55,470 nucleotides of DNA from Octopus sinensis (taxonomy: Eukaryota), in NCBI RefSeq assembly GCF_006345805.1, contig NW_021834164.1, positions 1-55,470 on the forward strand, read 5' to 3'. This document shows, one piece after another, positions 38,169 to 50,970 of this stretch. Made by a program: the position numbers and the translations under genes. Below the pieces are notes generated by a model. That model was not told the origin of the DNA, did not search any database, and was given only the letters and a program-made list of their open reading frames with translations. Each line of letters begins with the position of its first letter. Within the stretch, counting starts at the first letter, position 1.

Positions 38169-39609
38169 TTAAACGTGTATAAACAAATACTTTATTGCAT
38201 CTAATATATTTAACAAGTGTTCTATACTTTGATATTTGATTTCAAATTTTATAGATAGGCAGAGAGAACACAATTGCCATGGCTTTCTTTATAGATACAC
38301 TATGTAACAAAACAAGTCATAGTTCTAAAATAGAACCATGCCTTGAAAATCATCTTTAATACATAAAAGTGTGTGTGTTTGTGTATGTGTACATAATTTG
38401 AGAACACATTTCAAATAGATGGGTTGAATGCAGTAACCGTTATATCTGTATCTGGCATTAATGTAGCAATAACCTCAAGATGATCCCAGACCAATAGAAG
38501 GTACATAATGGTCCTATCATTGAAGGACTGGAGGAAATGGTCCAACTACCGTATTGGTCATTTCAGTGCCTGACTCACGTATCTTCTCCTACGATTTTTG
38601 CCAACCAAAATCTGACCATGCACGGGGAAATTTCGGACATTTGTTCTAAAGGATATTAAACGCAAGAATCTTTACAGAAAATGAAGGATCATAACAGAAT
38701 TCCCAGCATACAAACTTGCCCCTAGTGAGAGCTGAATCCAGGCCCATTGAGAAAGTCACTGAAGCTGACAGACATGATGCAATCTTCATTCGTATGGCTG
38801 AAGCTTTCATTGATCTACAACTATTTTCTAACAACTTGTTCACTTTAACTGTGTTCCTCTAAAATATGTCCCCTACCTCCGTTGATTGGATCAAAACTCA
38901 GACTAGTTAGATTAAACCTCCTTCTCAGGTATGTGCATACGGTTTAGCCTCTGATAATGCTAAATATGAAAATAAAATTGCATATTGGTTTCATCCTTAT
39001 ATATCACCTGAGGATATGTATTGTAGCTCCTTTGTATCAAGACTCTACACAACGTGGAAAAGTGATGCGATTTGGTCTGAGGATATTGAACAATGTGCAA
39101 CAATGGGAAAACCACAGGAAGCTAAACAAGAACAATACATCCTCTTCTATGAATCATGATAGGCTTAAATCGAGATACAAATTATTGTTTATAAATGTCC
39201 ATAGTTCATGCAATAAAGTTCGTCTTTGTTTTAACTGTCACTTGAAAAGTATCAGTTCTGATCTCACAACAGTTAAACCTTGAGGCATTCCTTACACTGC
39301 AATGGTATTTTCAGCATGGCAAGCTACATTTTGCTTCACAAATATCATTTAATTACCATGGTGCGGTGTGGTAGTCTCTATTTACTCAAGGTTTTCAGAA
39401 ATTCCTTGTGAAGTTTCAAAGCAGTCGTAACAGGAGGTATTTTTTGCGACCACCCACCAAGCTACCATGTTTTTGACATTGTTGGAGCTGCATCTATGAA
39501 AGAAAAGCCACCTATGATTTCTTACTGGTTAGTTCCTTTTACCAGAGTTTGGCTTCGAAAACTTTCACGGATCCCGAAGGGAAATTGATTTCCTTGATCT
39601 TGTGTTGGA

Positions 39610-40380
39610 TTCAAACTGACCCCAATTAATCAACTCTTCCATAAGACGTAACAACACTTTGGATATGTTATTTACTCATGAAATTGTCATCAGCCTCACT
39701 ACCAAGGTCTATTTAGGTGACTCTAATCATGCGCCAATCATTTCAATCTATATCTAAAGGATAGAAAGAAGACACCAAAACCCCCAAACTTTTTGCTTGT
39801 ACTGGAACAATGCGGACTGGAACTCCTATTGCAGAGTCTTTTAGTGCCATCATTGGTTTCAAGTTTACAATTCTGGAGATGTCAATGCTAACCGTCAGCA
39901 CATCCTTAATTGATTGAGGGTCACATACTAAGCATCAATAACCATTAAACTCGTTAAAAAGCCCCATGGGAAACTATAGCAGCCCACTTCGCCACGAAAG
40001 ATCGAAGAGATGCTGAATGCGAATACTGATTACATTGAAAAGGGGATGCAAAAGAGCATCAATCCATATGAAGCACGTGACTAAAAAGGGCAGTACTTAA
40101 ATTTTAGACAACAAATGGTAACCAATGGGAATAGAGAGTCATTTTGGAAGTATGTTCAAAACATGGGGCCTCATACTCCAGTCAGCCCTTTTTGAAATCC
40201 CAACAACTCGGATTAATAAAGATTCCAAAGAATATAGTTGGGGGCTTGTTGTAGAATTCTGTGCTGGCAATTTCACTGTCGAACATCCGAATGTACCATC
40301 TTCACTGTTGCAGAGACCAAATCCCATCATATCTGCTGAATTTAATCTTGCAATTCTGTAATACCAACAGAAGCATATCT
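39610..40380 (+). mobile_element. Ancient CR1/L2-like LINE endonuclease-linker remnant
   Basis: LTQLINSSIRRNNTLDMLFT..SNHAPI and NRESFWKYVQ motifs, heavily degraded. Confidence 0.5.
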
Positions 40381-41297
40381 ACACCTCCGCTCCCTCTCTC
40401 GCTCTGATGGCCTTATTTATCTGCTCTTCTTACTGCACCAAATTTTCTACTCTTTCAAGTTGGTTTTAATTATTTTGTTGCCGCAGAATATGTGGTCTGA
40501 TCAATAGGAATCAGGACTGTAGTCATAGTGACAAAGCTAAAGCATGCAGAGTAAATCCGCTTGGCACAGATTGACCTGTGAACACTGTTGTGCATGTGCA
40601 CTAAGTTTAAACGTTCTAGCTTACTTCTACTGCCCACGGCAGTGCTTGGAAGGAAGGTGAGTAGCGTGTGATCGTTGCATTGACCACTCCATTTCCCCTT
40701 TCAATCCTTTCTGTCGAAGAGCGTAGGTTCTAAACATCAAAGACTTCCCCATTTTTTCCCGAGCGTCAAACTAATACACCTTCTTGTTGTGCCCTCACCT
40801 GTCTTCGTCTTTTGTTTACTGTAAATTTATGTGTGTGTGTGTGTTTACTTAAGGTTGGAATGTAGAACTTTTTCTTGTGAAGAGTATCGACTAGTAATTT
40901 TTAACTAAGATCTTAATACATAAGCATTACGAAAGATGTTTTATGAATACATTTGTGTACACTACACACCGAGACAAAGGCCAGGGGACTGCTAGTATAT
41001 ATTATACACACACATACATGCATACATACGCATAGCAGACTTAATAACATAGGCTAAAAGAAAAATAACAGAGGGAGGAAGCGGAGGCATTGAAATAAAC
41101 ACTGGGTTTACAATTTGAAGTTCGGAAGTGTGGAAGTTGTAAAGATAATTTATGGACAGGTCAGAAAGAAAGCTAAAACAGCAAAAGGAGTGGGAGGGAG
41201 TTACAGTTACAGACACTAAATACATGAAACTTGACTTTATCACTTTTACACACACATATTTAATTTATAGACACACATTAATTTATAGGGTACTACC

Positions 41298-41481
41298 TAA
41301 GAAGAGTGGTCCCGGTGCGCGCAATCGCGTACTAGCGCATCCGAGCTAGCTAGTCGATCTTTACTTTGTGTTTTTGTGTTTCATTTACTTTGCTAAGTAG
41401 TCGTTGTAGGATCGACTAGTCACGACTAGCTAGCGCGGATGCGCGAGTACGCGAGGGCGCGCACCAGGGCCACTCTTCTTA
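41298..41481. mobile_element. Short GC-rich MITE with ~60-bp imperfect TIRs
   Basis: TAAGAAGAGTGG..GGTGCGCGC..CGCGTACT..GCATCCG..GCTAGCTAGTCG mirrored at the right end; partial internal copy at ~45300-45370. Confidence 0.75.
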
Positions 41482-42259
41482 ATTAAATGGTATCCAGTTT
41501 CCACAGCGCAGAAATCTACCCTTGTTAAAACATATACACAAAACCCTACCATTTCAGGCTGACTTAACAGAGACCCTACTCTGTGTTACCTCCATCTCTG
41601 TCCCCCACAAAGCGGCCACACCCTTGTAAGTTTCATAACGAAAAACAAAATCATTAATTTCCTAATTGGATCACGCACATTTACGATAATTAATATCGTA
41701 TCATTAATTTATAGACACACAGACAGAGTTTAAGATGAAAGGATGTTCACTGAAGCGTTAAATGGCCCCAAATGAAATTAAAATGCCTTACCTCAGTTTA
41801 GTTTTGAACGGTAGCAACGTACCCGGGGTCCCAATTAATTTCAAATTTTCTGTTGCCGGAAGTAGATTAAAGGTCGGATAGGAGATGGCAAGTAAGTGGA
41901 GATAACTCTCGAAATATAGGCGGGGTTAGCGGTGTATTAAGTAGCTTGCGTACCATGCACATGGTTCCGGGTTCAGTCCCACTGGGTGGCACCTTGGGCG
42001 AGTGACTTCTACTGTAGCCTCGGGCGACCGAAGCCTTGTGAGTGGATCTCGTAGACGGAGACTGAAGGAAGCCCCGTCGTAAATATGTACATGTTTGGCC
42101 CGAGAAAACACTTGCCCAAGCTGCCACACAGTGGGACTGATCTCGGAACCAGGTGGTTGGTAAGCAAGCTACTTACCACTCAGCCACTCCTACGCCTACA
42201 GTCTCAAAGGCTGAAAATTATTTTAGAATTCTCTATCTTATATTTTCCTTACACGCCCC

Positions 42260-42375
<116 letters not shown>

Positions 42376-42605
42376 CTTTTAGCTGAAGGCAGAGATTTAT
42401 TGTATAGATCAAATTAAAGTATATGAAGAAGACAAGGTTTATATTTTTTATTTCAGGAAAAATTGATTCACAAATTTTGAATTTCCTTGAAATATAAAAA
42501 TCCCAAACGTTTTCTTTCTTTCAAATTTATCAACTATTTTTGAGATTCTTTAAAAACATATAAAGATTCTCTTCTTGTGAATATACTTCAAATATTTCTA
42601 GGTAA

Positions 42606-42733
42606 AGAAATAGCAGTCAAAGACAGTTTATTTCTATTTTATACAAATATAACTCCACATACATGTATATGGAGTTATATGTGGAGTTATATTTGTATAA
42701 AATAGAAATAAACGGTCTTTGACAGCTATTTCT
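42606..42733. repeat. Near-perfect hairpin, 56-bp arms
   Basis: 42606-42661 vs 42678-42733 are reverse complements with 2 mismatches. Confidence 0.9.
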
Positions 42734-43676
42734 AATTTTTTCGGTATGTGGCTAAGCAACCTGTTGCTTGCTCTTTTATATATATATAATTTTTAAAAAA
42801 AGTTCCTACCGATAATAGTTATATTTACATACCGAAATCTACCCGGGAATAAATGTTGGTTTTTTAAAATTAACAATTATTTACCCTTATATTATTAAAT
42901 ACACACACACACACACACACATATATATACATATATATTTCTTTATTGCCCACAAGGGGACAAACAAGGACAGACAAAGGGACTAAGTCGATTACATCGA
43001 CCCCAGTGCGTAACTGGTACTTTATTTATCGACCCCAAAAGGATGAAAGGCAAAGTCGACCTCGGCGGAATTTGAACTCACAACGTAACGACAGACGAAA
43101 TACGGCTACGCATTTCGCCCGGACTGCTAACGTTTCTGCCATGCATGTATAATACACACACACACACACACACGTATCTATATATACATCATACATAAGT
43201 ATGTCTGTGTGTGAATTGTGTTGTCTGTGTGTGTGTGTGTGTGTGTGTGTATGTTCATGTTACTACAATGCATAGACGTTGGCCAATAAAACCGCAACGC
43301 GCCTTTAACAACAAAATGTGTTCGGCTTTTATTGCTCACGAAATCCAAAACGATTTCAATGGGTTAATAATATACAATCAACATGCGTAGGTGTTGCCCA
43401 CCTTTTCTCTCTTCCTCTCTCTCTGTCACACCCCTACATATACACATAGCTCTTTGGACAATTAGGGTAAAACTAGGTCACAGCTTTAATTTCAGAAATT
43501 CGTGTGAGTGAAAGGGCGACAGAATATTGAGAGATAAGAATGAAAGGCAACCAACAAAGAGAAAATACAATGAGTCGCTTTATTGGCTGCCCTGAATGAC
43601 CTCCTGCTTAACATTAAATATATTCTTAAGAACTGAATACAATTTATTCATCCGCGCGAACCAGAGCCAGACTGAA

Positions 43677-43724
43677 ATGGCTTTTGGGAGTCCTACACCT
43701 GGAAATATTCTGTCTTTCGGTAAG
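43677..43724 (+). CDS. Candidate first coding exon of the ankyrin gene
   Basis: GAAATGG start context, MAFGSPTPGNILSFGK, strong donor AAG|GTAAAG; no homology evidence. Confidence 0.25.
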
Positions 43725-44204
43725 GTAAAGATTTTTCTTGTCTTATATCTTGTCATAAGATAGAGCTTACGTATCTGTGTATGGATAGGTGGATAGATGC
43801 ATGTTTATATATTATTGTTACTGTTACAATGCAACATAGAGATTCGTTACCCAGACATAAACAGACAAATTGATGAAATCACGAACGTAGATTAATTTGT
43901 ATATACACTGACATCCATGCTTTTAAATGTCTCTCTGCCTGCCTCTCTGCCTACCTCTCTGCCTACCTATCTATATCTGTCTCTATATATTCATATATCT
44001 GCCTCTCTCTCTATCTCTCTCTCTCTATCTATCTGTCTCTCTCTAACTATCTATCTATCTGTGTCTCTCTCTCTATCTATTTACATACTATTTCTCTCTC
44101 TCTCTCTCTCTCTCTACCTATCTGTCTCTCTCTCTATCTATCTGTCTCTCTCTTTCTATCTATCTATCTATCTATCTATCTGTCTGTCTCTCTGTCTATA
44201 TCTG

Positions 44205-44263
<59 letters not shown>

Positions 44264-44774
44264 GTGTCTCTCTATCTATTTACATACTATTTCTCTCTCT
44301 ATCTTTCTCTCTATCCATCTGTCTGTCTCTCTATCTATCTGTCTTTCTTTCTCTCTATCTACCTCTCTATCTATCTCGTTAACTTTCTATCTGTCTTTCT
44401 CTCTCTCTATCTCCCCCTCTCTCTATCTATTTATCTCCCTCTCTCTCTAGCTATCTATCTCCCGCTGTCTCTATCCATCTCCCCCTCTGTCTATCTCCCT
44501 CTCTCTATCTGTCTATCTCCCTCTCTCTCTATCTATCTATCTCCCCTTCTCTCTATCTATCTAACTGCCTCTCTCTCTCTTTCTCTATCTATTTATCCCC
44601 CCTCTCTCTATCTATTCAAGTCCGTCTCTCTCTAGCTATCTATCTCCCTCTCTCTCTATCCATCTCCCCCTCTCTCTATCTCCCTCTCTCTCTCTATCTG
44701 TCTATCTGTCTATCTATCTATCTCTCTATCCCTCTCTCTATCTATCTCCCTCTCTGTTTATCTATCCCCTCCCC

Positions 44775-45290
44775 ACGGAAAATGGGATTTTTTCTAGCGG
44801 TGTCAAATGAAATTGTCACCCATGATTATGACCCTAGTATCGATCTATTGCATTTCAATCTATTTTAGGGTTAGGTTTAGAGTTATGGCTAGGGTTAGGG
44901 GTGGGGGAAGGGTATCTTTTTTTCTTCAATCTGTTCTTAAACGAGGGACATATTCATACAGCACGGAATGTTAAAATTGCTGAAATTCTCGAAATTAAAG
45001 TCGAAATATCCTACAACATACAGACTTTTCTCAATAGTAGAAGACACTTGCCCAAGGTGCCACGCAATGGGACTGAACCCGGAACCATGTGGTAAGTAAG
45101 CAAGCTACTTACCACACAGCCACTCTTGCGCCTATTTATTTACATTTCTGAACAAAAAGATACCCTTCCACCCACCCCTAACCCTAAAACAGATTGAAAT
45201 GCAACAGATTGATACTAGGGTCATAATTATGGGTGACAATTTCATATGACACTGCTACAAAAAACTGCCGTTCAAACCGAAAAGATCCAA
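44775..45290. repeat. Two opposite-orientation partial copies of the 13831-14245 MITE forming an inverted repeat
   Basis: 44779-44921 mirrors 45155-45265; a SINE C fragment lies between them. Confidence 0.75.
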
Positions 45291-45889
45291 AAAATTATTT
45301 ATTTTGTGTTTTATTTACTTTTCTAGGAAGTCGTTGTAGGATCGACTAGTCACGACTAGCTAGCTAGCTAGGGAATAAAAAAATCTTTTTAGTCAATTGA
45401 TATTTTATTTAGGTTTTTAGTCGCACGACACACTTTAGAATTCTTAGTCAATTGTATAAACCTTCTTGATAAGCCATTCTATATATCTGTATTTTTATTT
45501 GCATGTATATTTTTTACCTACTGTATTTTTTTTATATACATATTCTTTTTATATGTTTAAAGGCCAGGGTAGTATTTAGATCTGATCAAATGTTTGATAA
45601 GAGACGGTGTTATGTATAAAGTTTTATTTCATGTTTCTTCTCTGATCGATGTTTCTTTATCTCTCTCTGTCTCAATTACACTTGAGCACTTCCTTTCAGC
45701 AGCCTTATAAACCCTCTTTATCTTTATAAAAAGCGGCAAAAATTATTTCTTGTCATATGTATGTGTGTGTGTATATATGCATGTGTATGTGTGTGTATAT
45801 ATATATATATGTGTGTGTGTATATATATATGTGTGTGTGTGTATATATATATATGTGTGTGTGTGTATATATATATATGTGTGTGTGTG

Positions 45890-45922
<33 letters not shown>

Positions 45923-45983
45923 ATATGTGTCTGTGTGTATATATATATGTGTGTGTGTGTATATATATATATGTGTGTGTGTG

Positions 45984-46016
<33 letters not shown>

Positions 46017-46037
46017 ATATGTGTCTGTGTGTATATA

Positions 46038-46078
<41 letters not shown>

Positions 46079-46251
46079 ATATATATATGTGTGTGTGTGT
46101 GTGTATATATATATGCGTGTATATATATATTTATGTGTGTGTGTGTGTATATATATGTGTGTGTGTATATATGTGTGTATATATATATGTGAGTGTATAT
46201 ATATATGTGTGCATATATATATTTGTGTGAGTGTGTGTGTGTGTATATAGC

Positions 46252-46316
<65 letters not shown>

Positions 46317-47132
46317 GTGAAACTGATTAATTATGAAAGTCATAAAGATATTTGCAAAACTATATAAAGTAGCCACTTGTTGATAGAGTGAATCTTAATA
46401 GTAACAAAGCAGATGAGATCAAACCAAAGACCAATACCGGAGGTTTTATTGTACAAACTCAATTTTTCATTGATTCTTTTGTTATTTTTCATTAATTAAC
46501 TATTCTTTATAGAATCAATTTGTTATTTATGTAATGTGTCTCCACCCAGCCGGGAAATGATCCACAGATTTATAGCTCAAGATGTACTGTGATCAACAGA
46601 GCACATTCCAGCATTCAGGGTTTAACTGTAACCAATCGAACTGTAATAAGCAGAGTAATGTTGCTAACCAAGGTGGCAAGCTGGCAGAATCGTTAGCACG
46701 CCGGGCGAAATGCTTAGCAGTATTTTGTCTGCCGTTACGTTCTGAGTTCAAATTTCCGCCGAGGTCGACTTTGCCTTTCATCCTTTCGGGGTCGATAAAT
46801 TAAGTACCAGTTACGCACTAGGGGTTGATGTAATCGACTTAATCCCTTTGTCTGTTCTTGTTTGTCCCCTCTATATTTAGCCCCTTGTGGGCAGTAAAAA
46901 AATAAGAGACACAGCGCAGTGACTGTTACTCTTTTACTTCTTTCTGTCATTTGACTGCGGCCATGCTGGAGCACCGCATTTAGTCGAGCAAATCGACCCC
47001 AGGACTTATTCTATCGGTCTCTTGCCAAACCACCAAGTTACGGGGACGTAAACACACCAGCATTGGTTGCCAAGCGATGTTGGGGGACAAATACAGACAT
47101 AGATACATATATACACACACATACATGCATAC

Positions 47133-47186
<54 letters not shown>

Positions 47187-47189
<3 letters not shown>

Positions 47190-48283
47190 GTAAAGAAAAA
47201 TAAGTTGGCTAGCAGCTAGCTGTTTCGCCTCATACCGAAGGAATTAGAAATGGCAGTCAAAGACCGTTTTTTCCATTTCTATAAGTGGAGATTCCAAAAA
47301 CGAAGGCCCTTGCGGCTCACATACACAAAACCGGAGTGGCAAATATACGAATTCAGTCACTTACCGTTAATAGCGAACACGGTGTTTCTGGATCACAAAC
47401 ATATAAAAAAAGGGGAGTTTGAATTCCGTCATCAGCGCTATATTTGATAGCTTTATCAAATGCCACCAGCCCTCACTTCTGACCCAGCGACATCAGATAG
47501 TGGGGGGAAGTGCGCAGATGTTAAAACCAAGTAATGACTGGGAACGTAAATTTTCCCTCCAAAATTCTGCCATGCGCGCCTTCTGGGTAATCGTAATGGA
47601 ATGAGGAATCCACATGGTAATACAATAAAAATGGTAAATAATTTTCCTGTGGTTTTTCATGTAACCAACAATTATTTACCGGTAAATTTCGGTATGTAAA
47701 TACGACAAAATAATTGTCAAGACCTTTGTAAGGTTCAGTATATAGTAAAGAAAAATAAGTTGGCTAGCAGCTAGCTGTTTCGCCTCATACCGAAGGAATT
47801 AGAAATGGCAGTCAAAGACCGTTTTTTCCATTTCTATAAGTGGAGATTCCAAAAACGAAGTGTTCGCTATTAACGGTAAGTGACTGAATTCGTATATTTG
47901 CCACTCCGGTTTTGTGTATGTGAGCCGCAAGGGCCTTCGTTTTTGGAATCTCCACTTATGGAAATGGAAAAAACGGTCTTTGACTGCCATTTCTAATTCC
48001 TTCTAATTCATTTTTATTGTATTACCATGTGGATTCCTCATTCCATTACGATTACCCAGAAGGCGCGCATGGCAGAATTTTGGAGGGAAAATTTACGTTC
48101 CCAGTCATTTACGTTCCCAGTATGAGGCGAAACAGCTAGCTGCTAGCCAACTTATTTTTCTTTACTATATACTGAACCGTACAAAGGTCTTGACAATTAT
48201 TTTGTCGTATTTACATACCGAAATTTACCGGTAAATAATTGTTGGTTACATGAAAATCCACAGGAAAATTATTTACCATTTTT

Positions 48284-48290
<7 letters not shown>
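47187..48290. repeat. Scrambled direct + inverted duplication between (TA)n tracts
   Basis: 47187-47310 repeated directly at 47743-47860; 47861-48290 consists of reverse-complemented, re-ordered blocks of 47187-47780. Confidence 0.9.
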
Positions 48291-48326
<36 letters not shown>

Positions 48327-48748
48327 GACGGGCTTCTTTCAGTTTCCGTCTGCCATATCCACTCACAAAGCTTTGGTCAGCCCGAGGCTATAGTAGAAGA
48401 CACTTGCCCAAGGTGCCATGCAGTGGGACTGAACCTGAAACCATGTGATTGGTAAGCAAGCTACCTACCACACATCCACTCCTGTGCCTTGGTTTATTAG
48501 TGTCAAGAAGAACATTCAGCTATGAATAATAATTTAGATAAACTGAAGTTTCCAATATTTTTGTTATCTTATGCAAGATTTTAGAACCATTAGCTTCTGT
48601 ATATTGTTGTTTACCTCTTTTTAGGAGTTTTTTAAAAATTGTTTTATTTTCTCTTTTGACATCTTTCATTTAAAAGACATGGACCTCATAATTTTTCTCC
48701 TCCCCTTCCAACACCATTTTTACTATTTTTTTTTCTTCTTTTCTTCGG

Positions 48749-48891
48749 GTGAACCAACGAGATAACTCCTTACACTACACCTGTAGTTCTGGTTACACAT
48801 ACATAGTTGGCCTGTTGTTAATTCACATTGGCATTAATGCCAATATTGGGGAGAAATATGGTGACACACCCTTACATTTGGCTGTTTGAAA
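48749..48891 (+). pseudogene. Ankyrin-repeat exon with lesions
   Basis: VNQRDNSLHYTCSSGYTYIVGLLLIHIGINANIGEKYGDTPLHLAV then TGA (48887-48889); donor AA|GTAAGT; long pyrimidine tract ends in TTCGG rather than AG. Confidence 0.75.
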
Positions 48892-49046
48892 GTAAGTCCC
48901 TTTCGATTCTGGAATATCCAAATCTGTTTCTTTTGCACTTTCAATAAAGTTTGTCGTATTTTTTCAATGAGTCATTCCTACCATAATCCCACCATGGGGT
49001 TGTTCTTCTTCCCTCTTTCACACTGTAATGTCACTGTAATCTACTT

Positions 49047-49595
49047 CATCATCATCGTTTAACGTCCGCTTTCCATGCTAGCATGAGTTGGACGATTTGA
49101 CTGAGGACTGACGAACCAGATCGCTGCACCAGGCTCCAATCTTGATCTGGCGGAGTTACTACAGCTGGATGCCCTTCCTAACGCCAACCACTCCGAGAGT
49201 GTAGTGGGTGTTTTTACCTTCCACTGGCACGGGGGCCAGTCAGGAACGACCTCACTCGAATCTTTTTACACATGCCACCGTTACAGGTGCCAGTAAGGCG
49301 ACGCTGGTAATGATCACACTCCAATGGTGCCCTTTAATGTGCCACCAGCACAGAGGCCAGTAAGGCGACACTGACAACGATCACACTCAGATGGTGCTCT
49401 TAGCACCCTACGAGCACGGGGCACAAGTGCCAGTAAGGCGATGCTGGTAACGATCACACTCGAATGGTGCCTTTTATGTGCCACTGACATGGAAGCCGGT
49501 TAGCCATTCTGTCAACGATCACACTCGTATGGTGCTCTTTGCACCCTACTAGCACGGATGCCAGTCATCGAATTTGATTTTGATTCTACTTTAAT
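49047..49595 (-). mobile_element. RTE LINE 3' UTR
   Basis: Reverse complement of the terminus seen at 24170-24335 and 17000-17035. Confidence 0.8.
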
Positions 49596-50457
49596 TAATC
49601 ATCACCATAGTTTTTGCCGTTGTTCTTTCTTGACTGGTCATCTCATTCTCCGTTACCTCAACGTTACAGGTTCAAACCCTTCCTTCTCTTCTGTTCATCC
49701 CATGTAAAACTGTCATCTTCTCTCTCTCTCTCTCTCTCGCTCTTGTAATTTCACATTTTCCTCTGACCCTGGGCTAAATAGAGAATCACCCCCTTTCAGT
49801 ATTTACATTTGTTTCTTTATGTTCCATGTTCAAATCTTGCCAGAGTATCTATTACCACTCTGGTGTCATTATAATCTGTACCAGTAATATCCAGGAGTTT
49901 ATGCAATAAACTGTTCTCCCTCCCCTCTCTGGTTCTTGTGTCTTATTCCTGTTGGACAAAATACCTTGTGGTATTTGTTGATGACTCTTTATGTTCTGAG
50001 TACAAATCCTCCCAAGATCGACTTGTCCTTCCATCTCTGCAAGGTTGATAAAATGCAATACCAGTCATGTAATGGGGTCCATACAATTATCTATAGCCCT
50101 TCTTTCCTCCCTAAATTTCATATTTATATAACTGTTGTTCATTGTACCATATATACATTCCTGTTTTTATTCAGGTGTGTATATATCATTTTTGTACTGT
50201 GTAGAGTGTGTAGTGAATAAATATATCTTTTTTCTTCTTTTTCTTTCTTTTTACTTGTTTCAGTCATTTTGACTGTGGCCATGCTGGAGCACCGCCTTTA
50301 ATCGAGCAACTGGACCCCGGGACTTATTCTTTGTAATCCAAGTACTTATTCTATCAGTCTCTTTTTGCCAAACCGCTAAGTTATGGGGACATAAACACAC
50401 CAGCATCAGTTGTCAAGCAATGCTAGGGGGGACAAACACAGGCACACAAACACACAC

Positions 50458-50528
<71 letters not shown>

Positions 50529-50615
50529 GGCTTCTTTCAGTTTCCGTCTACCAAATCCACTCACAAGCCATTGGTCGGCCCGGGGCTATAGCAGAAGACA
50601 TTTGCCTAAGATGCC

Positions 50616-50970
50616 TCTTTGATTGATCTGTTAAATATTAATATCATTAAGGTACCAGTGAAATAATGGGGGTTGGTTTAATCACCTGTATACTCTTTTA
50701 CTTGTTTCAGTCATTTGACTGTGGCCATGCTGGAGCACCACCTTTAGTCGAACAAATCGACTTAGTGGTTCAGCAAAAGAGACCGATAGAATAAGTACTA
50801 GGCTTACAAAGAATAAGTCCTGGGGTCGACTTGCTCGACTAAAGGTGGTGCTCCAGCATGGTCACAGTCAAATGACTGAAACAAGTAAGATAGTATACAG
50901 GTGATTAAACCTACCCTCATTATTTCACTGGTACCTTAATGATATTAATATTTAACAGATCAATCAAAGA
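50616..50970. repeat. Long fold-back palindrome including non-repeat flank and SINE C head
   Basis: Outer ~79 bp of each arm match with 2 mismatches; inverted similarity continues ~65 bp into the SINE. Confidence 0.9.

Noticed and set aside
38578-38645. Exon-like - strand segment with AG acceptor and GTGAGT donor upstream of the RING exon
   Set aside because: No frame gives ankyrin-like or otherwise recognisable sequence.
44865-44905. TTAGGG-like motifs suggesting an interstitial telomere
   Set aside because: Only 2-3 degenerate units, internal to the MITE also seen at ~14130.
43917-46250. Long ORFs rich in L/S/I/Y or C/V/Y (also 17030-17417, 24290-24855)
   Set aside because: TCTA/CT/TG/TA microsatellite translations.
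49834-49900. Candidate missing ankyrin exon after TCTTGCCAG
   Set aside because: No frame gives a convincing ankyrin segment with the required phase 2-to-0 ends.
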